A program made the position numbers and the translations under genes. From an uncultured Clostridiaceae bacterium (GTDB taxonomy: Bacteria > Bacillota > Clostridia > Peptostreptococcales > Natronincolaceae): a DNA stretch of 24,963 bases. The notes under the pieces were generated by a model. That model was not told the origin of the DNA. It worked only from the letters and a program-made list of their open reading frames with translations, and did not search any database. Below, piece after piece: positions 1 through 8,626 of the stretch (position 1 is its first letter; every line of letters begins with the position of its first letter). The stretch is taken from positions 1 to 24,963 of the forward strand of contig CBFGTV010000051.1 of the NCBI GenBank assembly GCA_965652145.1. Direction: 5' to 3'.

Positions 1-5
1 TTCGC

Positions 6-485
6 ATGATGATGAAGAAAAGAGATAAAGTACTAATGATTTGTTTAATTTCAATAATTTTATTTAATTGTTTTTTTATGATTATGTTAATTTACTACAA
101 TGATATTATAATTGTAGCAAATAATTTCTTTAAGAGCGTAAGCAAGGAATATTATTTATGGTATTTAGAAAGACCTATTGTAGACAATGAATTAATCATA
201 ATCGGCGTAACCAAGATTCTAAACATAGTATTTTCAGTAATTTTTTTATTAGAATTTTTCTATATAGTATTTAGCAAGAAATACATAAATGAAATTGAGA
301 AAAAGAATGTTATTCTATCTTTATTAATTGGCTTTATTATTTACTGTTTAAGTTTTATTTTAATAAAATATAGAGCTGAACATTATAAATTATTTATGAT
401 TCTTATTCCAACCGAAATATTTTCAATAATATTGCTAAATTTAATTTTAAAAGTTAAAAGAGTAGCCACTTTACAATTAAATTGA
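6..485 (+). CDS. Hypothetical small polytopic membrane protein; the ORF is open to the window edge, so it may be 5'-truncated
   Basis: 159-aa ORF in an extremely AT-rich region. It has four to five hydrophobic stretches (LMICLISIILFNCFFMIMLIYY, LIIIGVTKILNIVFSVIFLLEFFYIVF, ILSLLIGFIIYCLSFILI, FMILIPTEIFSIILLNLIL) separated by K/E-rich loops. No family is recognised. Confidence 0.4.
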   Translation: MMMKKRDKVLMICLISIILFNCFFMIMLIYYNDIIIVANNFFKSVSKEYYLWYLERPIVDNELIIIGVTKILNIVFSVIFLLEFFYIVFSKKYINEIEKKNVILSLLIGFIIYCLSFILIKYRAEHYKLFMILIPTEIFSIILLNLILKVKRVATLQLN

Positions 486-676
486 TATTGTAAAATAATT
501 TAGAAGCATTTGTTTTTAGTTAGTTAAATCCCTTATACACTGACTTGTTTCCCTCTATAAAAAGAACTATAAGTCAACATGCCAGGATCTGTAACTGTAA
601 GCGATCATTGCTATAATTTTAGTAGCTAGTTTTGTAAGCTCCTTCGGCAAATTATTTTATTACTGAGGTGTGTATA

Positions 677-1126
677 ATGCTTAATATAAAAAGAACCAAA
701 TTAATATTGGCTGTAATTCTCTGTTTACTAGTTACAATAATAAACAGTGCCGATTTTCACAATCCTTCAAGGGGCAATCGCAGGCCTGCAATTTCAGCAG
801 ATAGGGTTCATATTCATTATGGTATCGATAGTTCAGTAACCATTTTAACCAAGAAAGAAGATGTTTCTCAAATGGTGGATTTATATAACCGCATGGAAAT
901 AGGGCCCATTAGTAGACAGATGAATCCTTCAGACTTTTATACCGTCTATTATTTTCAAGATGAAAAAAATGTGGCCTTTTTAAATATTTACAACAAGGGC
1001 TTAACTAAAACCGGCTTTAAGGAATTATATGATGAATATGGTGATGTTAAAGCCTATGCCCTTGCACGTAAAATGTATTATCGTTTAAATGATGAAGAAT
1101 TACCCCGAGCCAGAATTAAAAGCTGA
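677..1126 (+). CDS. Hypothetical secreted protein (signal peptide)
   Basis: The track ORF starts at GTG 668. ATG 677 is preferred because GAGGTG at 665-670 gives a 6-nt spacer. The N-terminus KRTKLILAVILCLLVTIINSA has signal-peptide character. No motif is recognised. Confidence 0.4.
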   Translation: MLNIKRTKLILAVILCLLVTIINSADFHNPSRGNRRPAISADRVHIHYGIDSSVTILTKKEDVSQMVDLYNRMEIGPISRQMNPSDFYTVYYFQDEKNVAFLNIYNKGLTKTGFKELYDEYGDVKAYALARKMYYRLNDEELPRARIKS

Positions 1127-1418
1127 CAATTTGATTGATTGCTTTCATTTGTTATTTACTTTAATCTTTCTTGATTTTCTTTTGTAGTTAAAGTTAATGT
1201 TAGGGTGTTTTAATTAAGCCCATAATTAACAATAACTTTATGTGTAGTAACTTTAAAACATGAATTATAAATAGGCCATGATAGTACATTGGTTTTTAAA
1301 GCTTCTTAATTGAATCTCTATCATATAATTTACCATATTTACATTAACTTTACAAAACCCTTAATTAATGTTAAAGTTAAATTGTTAATACTACAATACC
1401 AAAGAAAGGTGCTTAATA

Positions 1419-1841
1419 ATGAAGAACAATATTAAACTAAAAGGATTATTAGTACTCCTTTTACTTACAATTCCTTTTACTTTTTTTAAAGGTGATGCGC
1501 CTGATTCTTCAAAGGATATAGATTTTGAGGTTTCAACGGTTGCTGTGAAGGCTGATACCATAAATAATTCAAGAAGATTATATTTTAACAGCAATGGTCA
1601 ATTAATCACTGACATAAGTGAGCTAAATAGAGCCCTTCAACAAAGCAGCACTAAGCATACAGAATTAACAGCACAGCTCCCTTTCGATGATCAGGCAGCC
1701 AAAGAGGAATTATCTGAGGAAGAACGGATGAAATTAGAGGCCCATATTGAAAAGCTATCTCTTGAAGCCGCAGAATTAGAAAGAAAACTAAAGGAATATG
1801 CAAATAATAATAAACCCTATAATGTTCCAGTAAATGAATAA
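1419..1841 (+). CDS. Hypothetical secreted or N-anchored protein with a C-terminal coiled coil
   Basis: RBS AAAGGTG precedes the ATG. The N-terminus is hydrophobic (LKGLLVLLLLTIPFTFF) and contains no Cys, so it is not a lipoprotein. The C-terminus (EELSEEERMKLEAHIEKLSLEAAELERKLKE) has a heptad, charged character. Confidence 0.45.
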   Translation: MKNNIKLKGLLVLLLLTIPFTFFKGDAPDSSKDIDFEVSTVAVKADTINNSRRLYFNSNGQLITDISELNRALQQSSTKHTELTAQLPFDDQAAKEELSEEERMKLEAHIEKLSLEAAELERKLKEYANNNKPYNVPVNE

Positions 1842-1852
1842 ATCATAAAACA

Positions 1853-1893
1853 AAAGCCCTTTCAAAACAATTGAAAAGGCTTTTTCTTTTTTT
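1853..1893. terminator. Bidirectional rho-independent terminator between the convergent genes ending at 1841 (plus) and 1892 (minus)
   Basis: Hairpin AGCCCTTTCAA / TTGAAAAGGCT (one mismatch) with loop AACAA, followed by TTTTTCTTTTTTT on the plus strand. Read on the minus strand the hairpin is followed by TTTTGTTTT. Confidence 0.6.
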
Positions 1894-3154
1894 AATATTT
1901 CTTCCCCAGCTCCCAGGCCTTGTCAAGCTCGAAAAGACATTGAATTAAATACAGAGCACCCTTAAAGCCCACAAAGGGGGTATAGGGGTAAATGGTATGC
2001 TTTAGCAGATTGGGATTGGCGATTTGCATCGTCAGCCTGCTTTGATGCTTAAATTCCAGTGAGGCCCCGTCGGCCATTAAAAGATACAGAGGGGTTTCCT
2101 TAAGATACTCCTCAATTTCGGCCTCACTCCACTGGCTTACCAAGAAGGGCTGCCATTTTTCAGGAACCTGGTCCTTAATTTCAGCAGATAGCTTGTGCTT
2201 TACAATAATCCTGTTAACCCGAAGCCCCAGCTCCTCCATAAAATCCGCCAGGCCAATTACTGTATCGTAATCCCCTACCAGAGCAACATCTTTAATGTCC
2301 TTTTCTCTAAGCATAAACTGGTAGCTCATCAGGTGCCTTTTAATTCTACTAATCCATTGGTTTAGGTAGCCTTCGTCCACCCGCTTTTTAAAGGCTCCTT
2401 CAATAGCCCTGATCCAAGAAACGGTACCGGCTAACCCATAGGGCCTGCCATGATGATAGGGAATGCCGTGGTTATCCTGCAATTCCTTGGCTGCCTTTAT
2501 TCCCTCTGCCCTCAGGACCAGATTAAATTCTGCCTGGCCGGCGGCTTCGATTTCACTAAGGGTAGTGTAGGCTGTAAAGAGGGTGCTGCAATGGGCCCCA
2601 AAGCCATCCTCCATGATGGCCTTAATTTCTTCTGCATCTGAGAGAAAGTTAAACTGATCCACATTAGTGCCAATCAAGCCATAATGATTTTTTCTTGTCG
2701 GTTGATTTTTAGGAACAAGCTGCTGACAAAGGAGCTTTAGGGTTTTTTCGATGCCCAGGGTATGGTCTCCGTGGTAGCCACCGGTGGTAATCGGAACTAA
2801 CCGTGCCTTTACCCTTGGCTGCATTTCATAGCATACGCTTTCAATGTCGGTACCAATCACTGCCGAGATGGAGGAGGCCATAATGAAAATATATTTAGGG
2901 TGATGATTTTCGTCAATTTCAATTATTGCCTTTTCAAGTCTTTCATGGGTGCCAAAGGAAATGTCGGTCTCGTCGATATGGGTTGTATAGACATTGGCCT
3001 TATGGCTGCCATTTAACTGCATCATTCCCTCCTGGGCAAAATGGGTGGTGCCTGCCGGGCCGAATTCAATAATGAAAATATCTGCTATGGTGCTGAGGGT
3101 CCATAGGGTACCCATTCGATCAGAGGGAATAGGAAAAAATTTATATAGCTCCAT
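1892..3154 (-). CDS. Nitrogenase-like component-1 beta-type subunit (NifK/NifN/BchB family; NflK-like)
   Basis: 420 aa with the overall look of the oxidoreductase/nitrogenase component-1 fold: GxGxxGG-like segments and conserved Cys in ESVCYEM and GAHCSTLF. It is translationally coupled, with its start overlapping the stop of the upstream NifD-like gene by 14 nt. It sits in an operon with NifH-like and NifD-like genes. Confidence 0.65.
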   Translation of the reverse strand: MELYKFFPIPSDRMGTLWTLSTIADIFIIEFGPAGTTHFAQEGMMQLNGSHKANVYTTHIDETDISFGTHERLEKAIIEIDENHHPKYIFIMASSISAVIGTDIESVCYEMQPRVKARLVPITTGGYHGDHTLGIEKTLKLLCQQLVPKNQPTRKNHYGLIGTNVDQFNFLSDAEEIKAIMEDGFGAHCSTLFTAYTTLSEIEAAGQAEFNLVLRAEGIKAAKELQDNHGIPYHHGRPYGLAGTVSWIRAIEGAFKKRVDEGYLNQWISRIKRHLMSYQFMLREKDIKDVALVGDYDTVIGLADFMEELGLRVNRIIVKHKLSAEIKDQVPEKWQPFLVSQWSEAEIEEYLKETPLYLLMADGASLEFKHQSRLTMQIANPNLLKHTIYPYTPFVGFKGALYLIQCLFELDKAWELGKKY

Positions 3155-4466
3155 GTCGCATACCTCCCTTTGAAGCCATGGCCATCATTTTTGCTTTCAT
3201 TTCCTCCTGTTGACCATAGCTTAACATAATCTTTTTAATAGCATAGAGGGGAATTTCAAAGCCCAGCTTTTTGGTTGCATCATCCAGCGTGATCTGTACG
3301 ATGTTTCGTTTTATTAAATTCATTGGGTTTTCATGACCGATATAAAAATCTGGCTTCAGCTGGTCATAGATTGACTGCATGGGGGCAATGTTGGCAATTC
3401 TGCTGATGTAGGGGTTTTGACCCTTTTCCTTGATTTCATCCATATAGATGCCGTCATTCTCATAAAGCTCCCTGACCTGTACTAAAAGGGGGGTCATGTC
3501 CAAATCACACAAAAAGCTGGCTACCTCCAGCGCCATCATGGGGGTGTTGCCATAGATAAAGGTTTTATCCTTTAACATGGCCCTGGCTTCCTCCATCAGG
3601 TTCCTTAATTGTGCCTCTTGCCCTTGGAGCTTATCCAGCAGCTTGATTTCAAGGGCTGATTCCAGCCTGGCATAACAGGCTTTTATCCGGTGGATGGAAA
3701 GATGCCTGTCGAAGTAAATATAATCTATATCAAAATCCCGCTTCATAGCTTTGGCCAAGGGCAGGGCAACAAAATCCGTTACAATATTCAGTTGAGCCCC
3801 TGGAACCTGACTAAGCTCAGCAATGGTACAGCTTGAAGGTACAACGGAATGAATGTCAACCCCTTCTTCCCTTAGCAGCTTAATTAGCTCGGTTTCTTCA
3901 ATGCCATGCTGACGATGGCCTAAAATATTGACGGTTTTAGGCCTTTTTTCCTGGGGCTCCATCAGAGTCACCAGCTTTTCGAGGCACCTTTCCATTCCGG
4001 GTATATGGCTGTTGCATTTAAAATGCTCGGTGGGTACCACCAATAGCTTTGCCGCCACCTCATGGGACATGGCCTGCCCCATGGCTTCAAAATCCTCACC
4101 AATCAGCTCCATCACACAGGTAGTTACAATCATAATTGCTTTGGGCTTGATTTTCTGATCAATTTCAATAATGATTTCCTTAATTTTTTCCTCACAGCCA
4201 AAGGTAATGTCATGCTTACTGGCTACAGCCGAATAAAAATTATCCCTTCCCTTTTGCCTTAGATGGGCAAAGTCCTTGGCATAATAGGTACACTCCTGGG
4301 TGCCCACCACCAAAACCACCAAATCCTCAATAAAGGAAGCAATCATGGCCACCCCAAAGAGGGGGCAATGGGTCCCTGGGAAAATGGCATGGGAAAGGGA
4401 TTGAATGTCTTCATTGGCCTGAATGTCTGCTAAACGTGCCAGGCCCGTCAAATCATATTTTTTCAT
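3141..4466 (-). CDS. Nitrogenase-like component-1 alpha-type subunit (NifD/NifE/BchN family; NflD-like)
   Basis: The track ORF extends to 4523. The start is preferred at M of MKKYDLTGLARL (4466), which is preceded by AGAGGTG and overlaps the ABC ATPase stop by only 14 nt. Cys residues sit in the HCPLFG, GTQECTYY, TFGCEE and TTCVMELIGEDF contexts typical of [4Fe-4S]-ligating NifD/BchN-like subunits. Confidence 0.7.
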   Translation of the reverse strand: MKKYDLTGLARLADIQANEDIQSLSHAIFPGTHCPLFGVAMIASFIEDLVVLVVGTQECTYYAKDFAHLRQKGRDNFYSAVASKHDITFGCEEKIKEIIIEIDQKIKPKAIMIVTTCVMELIGEDFEAMGQAMSHEVAAKLLVVPTEHFKCNSHIPGMERCLEKLVTLMEPQEKRPKTVNILGHRQHGIEETELIKLLREEGVDIHSVVPSSCTIAELSQVPGAQLNIVTDFVALPLAKAMKRDFDIDYIYFDRHLSIHRIKACYARLESALEIKLLDKLQGQEAQLRNLMEEARAMLKDKTFIYGNTPMMALEVASFLCDLDMTPLLVQVRELYENDGIYMDEIKEKGQNPYISRIANIAPMQSIYDQLKPDFYIGHENPMNLIKRNIVQITLDDATKKLGFEIPLYAIKKIMLSYGQQEEMKAKMMAMASKGGMRHGAI

Positions 4467-5268
4467 GTTCGCACCTCTCTTCACAGCCTTTACAAACGCC
4501 AATGGGGTGGATAATAAATTCATCCTTTAATAAATCCCTACGGATACACACCTCAACGTTGTAGACCGATTCAATTAAATCCTCAGTTAATACTTCAACG
4601 GGGCTTCCCTCTGCGATGAGGGCCCCCTCCTTCATGACTACCACCCTGTGGCTGTACTTGGCAGCCTGGCTTAGGTCATGGAGTACCATAATCACCGTCA
4701 GCTTCAGCTCCTTGTTCAGATTCCGCAGAAGCTCCATCACCTCCAGCTGATGACAAATATCCAGGTAGGTGGTGGGCTCATCCAATAACAAAACCTGGGG
4801 CCTTTGAGCCAGGGCCATGGCGATCCATACCCGCTGCCTTTCTCCTCCTGAAAGGGACATTACTCGCTTATCCTCAAAGCCCTGTAGGGAGGTATGGTTG
4901 ATGGCCCAGCGGATAATTTCCTCATCTTCGTGATTTTTAGGTTGAAACCACCTTTTATGGGGCATTCTCCCGTAATAGATCAATTCCTTTACGGTAATAT
5001 CCTCAGGGCTTTTATTGTGCTGAGATAGGGTAGATATTTTACGGGCAATGCTTTTGACATTCATACTACCCATATCTTCCTTATCAAGATACACAAAGCC
5101 GGATTTTTGCTTTAAAAATCGTGAAACTGTTTTCAACAGGGTTGACTTTCCCGAGCCATTGGGGCCGATGATGGAAACCATTTGCCCCGGCTCAACCTTA
5201 AAGGAGAAATCCTGTACAATTACCTTTTCTGAATAGGCAATACACAAATTTTTAGCTTCTATCATCAA
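4453..5268 (-). CDS. ABC transporter ATP-binding protein, FecE/FepC/BtuD class (type II importer)
   Basis: Walker A GPNGSGKST, signature LSGGERQR, Walker B LLLDEPTTYLD and an H-loop (VLHD). The start overlaps the permease stop (ATGA). The C-terminal tail CKGCEERCEH is unusual. Confidence 0.85.
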   Translation of the reverse strand: MMIEAKNLCIAYSEKVIVQDFSFKVEPGQMVSIIGPNGSGKSTLLKTVSRFLKQKSGFVYLDKEDMGSMNVKSIARKISTLSQHNKSPEDITVKELIYYGRMPHKRWFQPKNHEDEEIIRWAINHTSLQGFEDKRVMSLSGGERQRVWIAMALAQRPQVLLLDEPTTYLDICHQLEVMELLRNLNKELKLTVIMVLHDLSQAAKYSHRVVVMKEGALIAEGSPVEVLTEDLIESVYNVEVCIRRDLLKDEFIIHPIGVCKGCEERCEHEKI

Positions 5269-6254
5269 GCATGCCCCCTTCTTAAAAGATACAGGAAAAA
5301 GGGCCCCCCAATGACCGCCATAATCACCCCAACCGGAAGCTCAATGGGATTCATAACGGTTCTGGCAAAGGTGTCCCCCAATAGCAGCAGGCTGCTGCCC
5401 AATATCACGCTAAAGGGAAGCAGGTGCTTGTAATCTGACCCAATTAACAGCCTGGCAATATGGGGAACAATTAAACCAACAAAGCCGATTACCCCCACCA
5501 GGGCGGTTGAAATGGCTGCAATAAATACAGCAACCAGAGAAATCAGCACCCTGTACCGGTTAATGTCTACCCCAAGGTTGCTGGACATTTCGTCTCCCAG
5601 CTGCAAAATATTGGCCTTTCTAATACATAGCATGGCCAATGTTAGCCCAATGAGGCTATAAATGGCCAAAACCCGTACATCATACCAGGTTTTTCCCGTT
5701 ACGCTGCCATTGACCCACAGTAAAACACCTTGAATTTTATCACTATGCAAAATGGATAACAGGGAGGTTCCTCCCCCTAAAATGGCATTGACCGCCACCC
5801 CCGCCAGGATAATCCTTACGGGCTTGATGCCGTCCTTCCAGGCCAGGCTATAGACCAGCCCACAGGCTATGGCCCCACCTATGAAGGACACTAGGGGAAC
5901 CAGGTAGCTGTATTGGGGTAAAAGCAGCATGATAATAATGGCCATCAGGCTTGCCCCGGAAGAAACCCCGGTTAAACCGGGGTCAGCCAAAGGGTTCTGC
6001 ATAACAGCCTGAAGCAAGGCCCCTGCCACAGCCAAATTGGCACCCACCATCATGGCAATAAAAATTCTGGGCAGCCTGATATTCATGATGATATTTCTGT
6101 CAGCAGACATTTCACTGCTGAAAATAGCACTAAATATACGGTCATAGCTGTATTCTACACTGCCCATTCTGATTGAAAAGAAGGCAATCAGTATAAGCAG
6201 CAGAAAAGAAACGGCAATGGTAAGGGGCTTTTTCCCCTTCTTCAGCTCTATCAT
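5265..6254 (-). CDS. ABC transporter permease, FecCD/BtuC family
   Basis: 329-aa polytopic protein. It carries the FecCD signature region GVIGFVGLIVPHIARLLIG...LGDTFART and a G-rich transmembrane helix (GGPFFLYLL). Confidence 0.85.
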   Translation of the reverse strand: MIELKKGKKPLTIAVSFLLLILIAFFSIRMGSVEYSYDRIFSAIFSSEMSADRNIIMNIRLPRIFIAMMVGANLAVAGALLQAVMQNPLADPGLTGVSSGASLMAIIIMLLLPQYSYLVPLVSFIGGAIACGLVYSLAWKDGIKPVRIILAGVAVNAILGGGTSLLSILHSDKIQGVLLWVNGSVTGKTWYDVRVLAIYSLIGLTLAMLCIRKANILQLGDEMSSNLGVDINRYRVLISLVAVFIAAISTALVGVIGFVGLIVPHIARLLIGSDYKHLLPFSVILGSSLLLLGDTFARTVMNPIELPVGVIMAVIGGPFFLYLLRRGHA

Positions 6255-6266
6255 TTCTTTAGTCTC

Positions 6267-7169
6267 CTACTGATATAGTATTTCTGCCATTTTTTCCAGG
6301 GCCTCAATAGCTCTGATATTGGCCGTTACCCCAAAGTATTCCGGATCTAAATCGTAAACACGATGATTTTTAACCGCCTCCAGGTTCACCCAGAAGCCCT
6401 TTTCAAATTCCTTTTCAAAGGCAGCCTTGCTGACCTCGGGGGAAGCATGGGTTAACCTTAATATCATATCGGGGTTTAGGTCTGCAATGGTTTCAAGGCT
6501 AAAGGGCAGATAGGGCATGGGTCTATTTTCTCCTAATGAATCGGTTACATTGATGCCGCCCAGCATTTCTACCAGCCCCCCCGCATAGGAGTGCTTTGTC
6601 GCCAGCATAAAGCTTTCAGGGGTACCAAAGATCACCAGTACCCTTGGGGCCTCTTTCCCCTCAATTGAATTTAATACCTGCTGCTCCCTTTCCTTCATTT
6701 CATCCAATACTGCCTTAGCCTTTTCTTCCTTACCAAAATACTGACCTAGGCTTTCAATATTTTCTAAAATGTTCTGATAGGAGTTGTTGGAAAGAAACAT
6801 GGTTTCGATATTCTGTCCTTCAAAAAGGGCTTCGATGCTTTCCTTCAGACTTGCATCGGTAATATACAGCTCCGGGTTTAGGGAAACCACCTTTTCTAAA
6901 TCAGGGTTCATGGGCATACCAATTTCTGTGATACCATTAAATCTTTCGGGCAATGCCTTTTCGGTTGACACTACCCCCACCACATCCACATCAATCAAAT
7001 CTAAAATCTCTGCCGCTGCAACGGTGCCTGCAATAACCCTTAATTCCTGTTGCTGGGCCTCCGCCTGGGGCCCTTGGGGTACTGCTGTTCCTGGCTCGGT
7101 GTTGGTGGTTTTGCCACAGCCTGTCATCAGTACCGCTGCCAGCAAGCCCATTAGTATAATTTTTTTCAT
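6267..7169 (-). CDS. Substrate-binding lipoprotein, cluster A/class III (FecB/BtuF/HmuT-like) of the ABC importer
   Basis: Signal peptide with lipobox (LMTGC), followed by a T/P/Q-rich linker. The size (300 aa) fits, and it sits next to the FecCD/FecE components. Its start overlaps the NifH-like gene's stop (ATGA). Confidence 0.7.
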   Translation of the reverse strand: MKKIILMGLLAAVLMTGCGKTTNTEPGTAVPQGPQAEAQQQELRVIAGTVAAAEILDLIDVDVVGVVSTEKALPERFNGITEIGMPMNPDLEKVVSLNPELYITDASLKESIEALFEGQNIETMFLSNNSYQNILENIESLGQYFGKEEKAKAVLDEMKEREQQVLNSIEGKEAPRVLVIFGTPESFMLATKHSYAGGLVEMLGGINVTDSLGENRPMPYLPFSLETIADLNPDMILRLTHASPEVSKAAFEKEFEKGFWVNLEAVKNHRVYDLDPEYFGVTANIRAIEALEKMAEILYQ

Positions 7170-7921
7170 TCCTCTGATCCCTCCATTATTTTTTTAGCCA
7201 GCTGGAAATAGATTTGGCTCATTTCGCTGTCAGGGAAGGCTTCTATCACTGTTTTACCTGCATTTTCTGCCTCCTGCACCAGGCTGTTTCTAGGGATATA
7301 ATGATAGATGCTGGTGTCAATTTCCTGACATAGCTTTTCTACCAGCTCCTGTTCGTTCTCAACATTTTTTGCATTCAAAATTAATCCCTCAAGCCGTGCG
7401 TAACCCCGGGCCTTAAACTGCCTGACTGCGTTGGAAATATTGGATGCTGCATACATCGACATCATTTCACCCGAGGTAACAATATAGACTTCCTTGGCAT
7501 ACTGGTTCCTAATGGGCATGGCAAAGCCGCCGCAAACCACGTCTCCTAAAACATCATAAACGACAATGTCTGGTTGGTAGGTTTCAAAGGCATTCAGTTC
7601 CTCCAGCTTTTCAAAGGCGGTAATAATCCCCCGGCCTGCACAGCCAATCCCGGGGGTAGGGCCTCCGGCCTCTACACACAATACACCATTGTAGCCTGCA
7701 AATACCATATCCTTTAGATCAACATCATCATTTTTTTCCTTTAAAACATCTAATACAGTGGGAATAAAGGCACCCCGCATCAAATTCTTCGTTGAATCAG
7801 CCTTGGGGTCGCAGCCTATTTGCATCACCCTGTAGCCTAAATGACTTAGGGCGGCCGACAGATTTGAAACGGTGGTGGATTTTCCTATTCCCCCTTTACC
7901 GTATATGGCTATTTTCTTCAT
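7166..7921 (-). CDS. NifH/BchL-family nitrogenase-iron-protein-like ATPase (NflH-like)
   Basis: Walker A KGGIGKST, switch I CDPKADST, and the two [4Fe-4S]-ligand contexts [17 protein letters not shown] and [14 protein letters not shown] that are diagnostic of NifH/BchL/ChlL. 251 aa. Confidence 0.88.
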   Translation of the reverse strand: MKKIAIYGKGGIGKSTTVSNLSAALSHLGYRVMQIGCDPKADSTKNLMRGAFIPTVLDVLKEKNDDVDLKDMVFAGYNGVLCVEAGGPTPGIGCAGRGIITAFEKLEELNAFETYQPDIVVYDVLGDVVCGGFAMPIRNQYAKEVYIVTSGEMMSMYAASNISNAVRQFKARGYARLEGLILNAKNVENEQELVEKLCQEIDTSIYHYIPRNSLVQEAENAGKTVIEAFPDSEMSQIYFQLAKKIMEGSEE

Positions 7922-8442
7922 GACTGCTTCACCTCAGAAAGCTGGCTTAATATTTCCCTGATGAAATTTCTGGCTGCCTCAAAATCTTCTTCATTGGGAT
8001 GCTTTGCTGCCTCCTGATGCCTTTTTAATCTTTCCTCCGTCATTTGGTGGGGCCCGCTGGCACCGGCTTTTTTAAACATTTCTGTTATTTTAGGATTAAT
8101 TTTTCCCTGGCAGAGAAAATTTCCCAACAGGATATTATCCTTCTCAAGGATTTCAGTAACATTTTTCAGGGTGGCCTGGGCATGCTCTGAATCCGGGTAG
8201 GCACCCAGAGTGCCAAAGGTGGCTACATGTTTATTTTTTAATCCTTCCATAAAGGCCAGCATTTCTTTATTAGGCTTGGCCCGGTCTACCCAGTAGCCCA
8301 AAACTAAAAAATCTGCATCTATTTCTTGACTTACTTCCTTCAAATCATATATTTTAGTTGTATCGGGCATGGCCTTTAATATTTCGTAGGCAATCTTTTT
8401 CGTATTGCCCGTGGCAGAAGAAAACACTATGGCTTTTTTCAT
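7918..8442 (-). CDS. Flavodoxin (probable electron donor to the NifH-like protein)
   Basis: [20 protein letters not shown] is the flavodoxin FMN phosphate-binding loop (T/SxTGNT). The stop overlaps the NifH-like start. The start is preferred at ATG 8442 (GGAG with a 9-nt spacer) rather than the track's 8451. Confidence 0.75.
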   Translation of the reverse strand: MKKAIVFSSATGNTKKIAYEILKAMPDTTKIYDLKEVSQEIDADFLVLGYWVDRAKPNKEMLAFMEGLKNKHVATFGTLGAYPDSEHAQATLKNVTEILEKDNILLGNFLCQGKINPKITEMFKKAGASGPHQMTEERLKRHQEAAKHPNEEDFEAARNFIREILSQLSEVKQS

Positions 8443-8626
8443 TTGAAACATCTCCTTAAATGATAATTTCTATCAAATACTTCACCCATACATCTTATCC
8501 TATTCATTCTACAAACTTTTTTAATATATTTCGATTTTTTATAATTTATTTTTCAGTTTCTTTTTTTTAGAAAATAGCGTATGATATTATTAGATAAGAA
8601 TAATTATCATTATTGGAGTGTTGATC

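Noticed and set aside
4467-4523. N-terminal extension of the NifD-like ORF (MNLLSTPLAFVKAVKRGAN...)
   Set aside because: It would overlap the ABC ATPase gene by 70 nt. The internal ATG at 4466 has a good RBS (AGAGGTG) and gives the canonical short overlap seen at the other junctions of this operon.
6784-7197. 137-aa plus-strand ORF antisense to the SBP lipoprotein gene
   Set aside because: It is embedded in a tightly coupled minus-strand operon and has a low-complexity S/T/P-rich translation. I treat it as a frame artefact. The same applies to the other short opposite-strand ORFs at 2450-2641, 3928-4262, 5048-5236, 10035-10262, 10619-10900, 11855-12043, 13571-13942, 14877-15128, 16089-16694, 17904-18140, 18707-19015 and 20363-21386.
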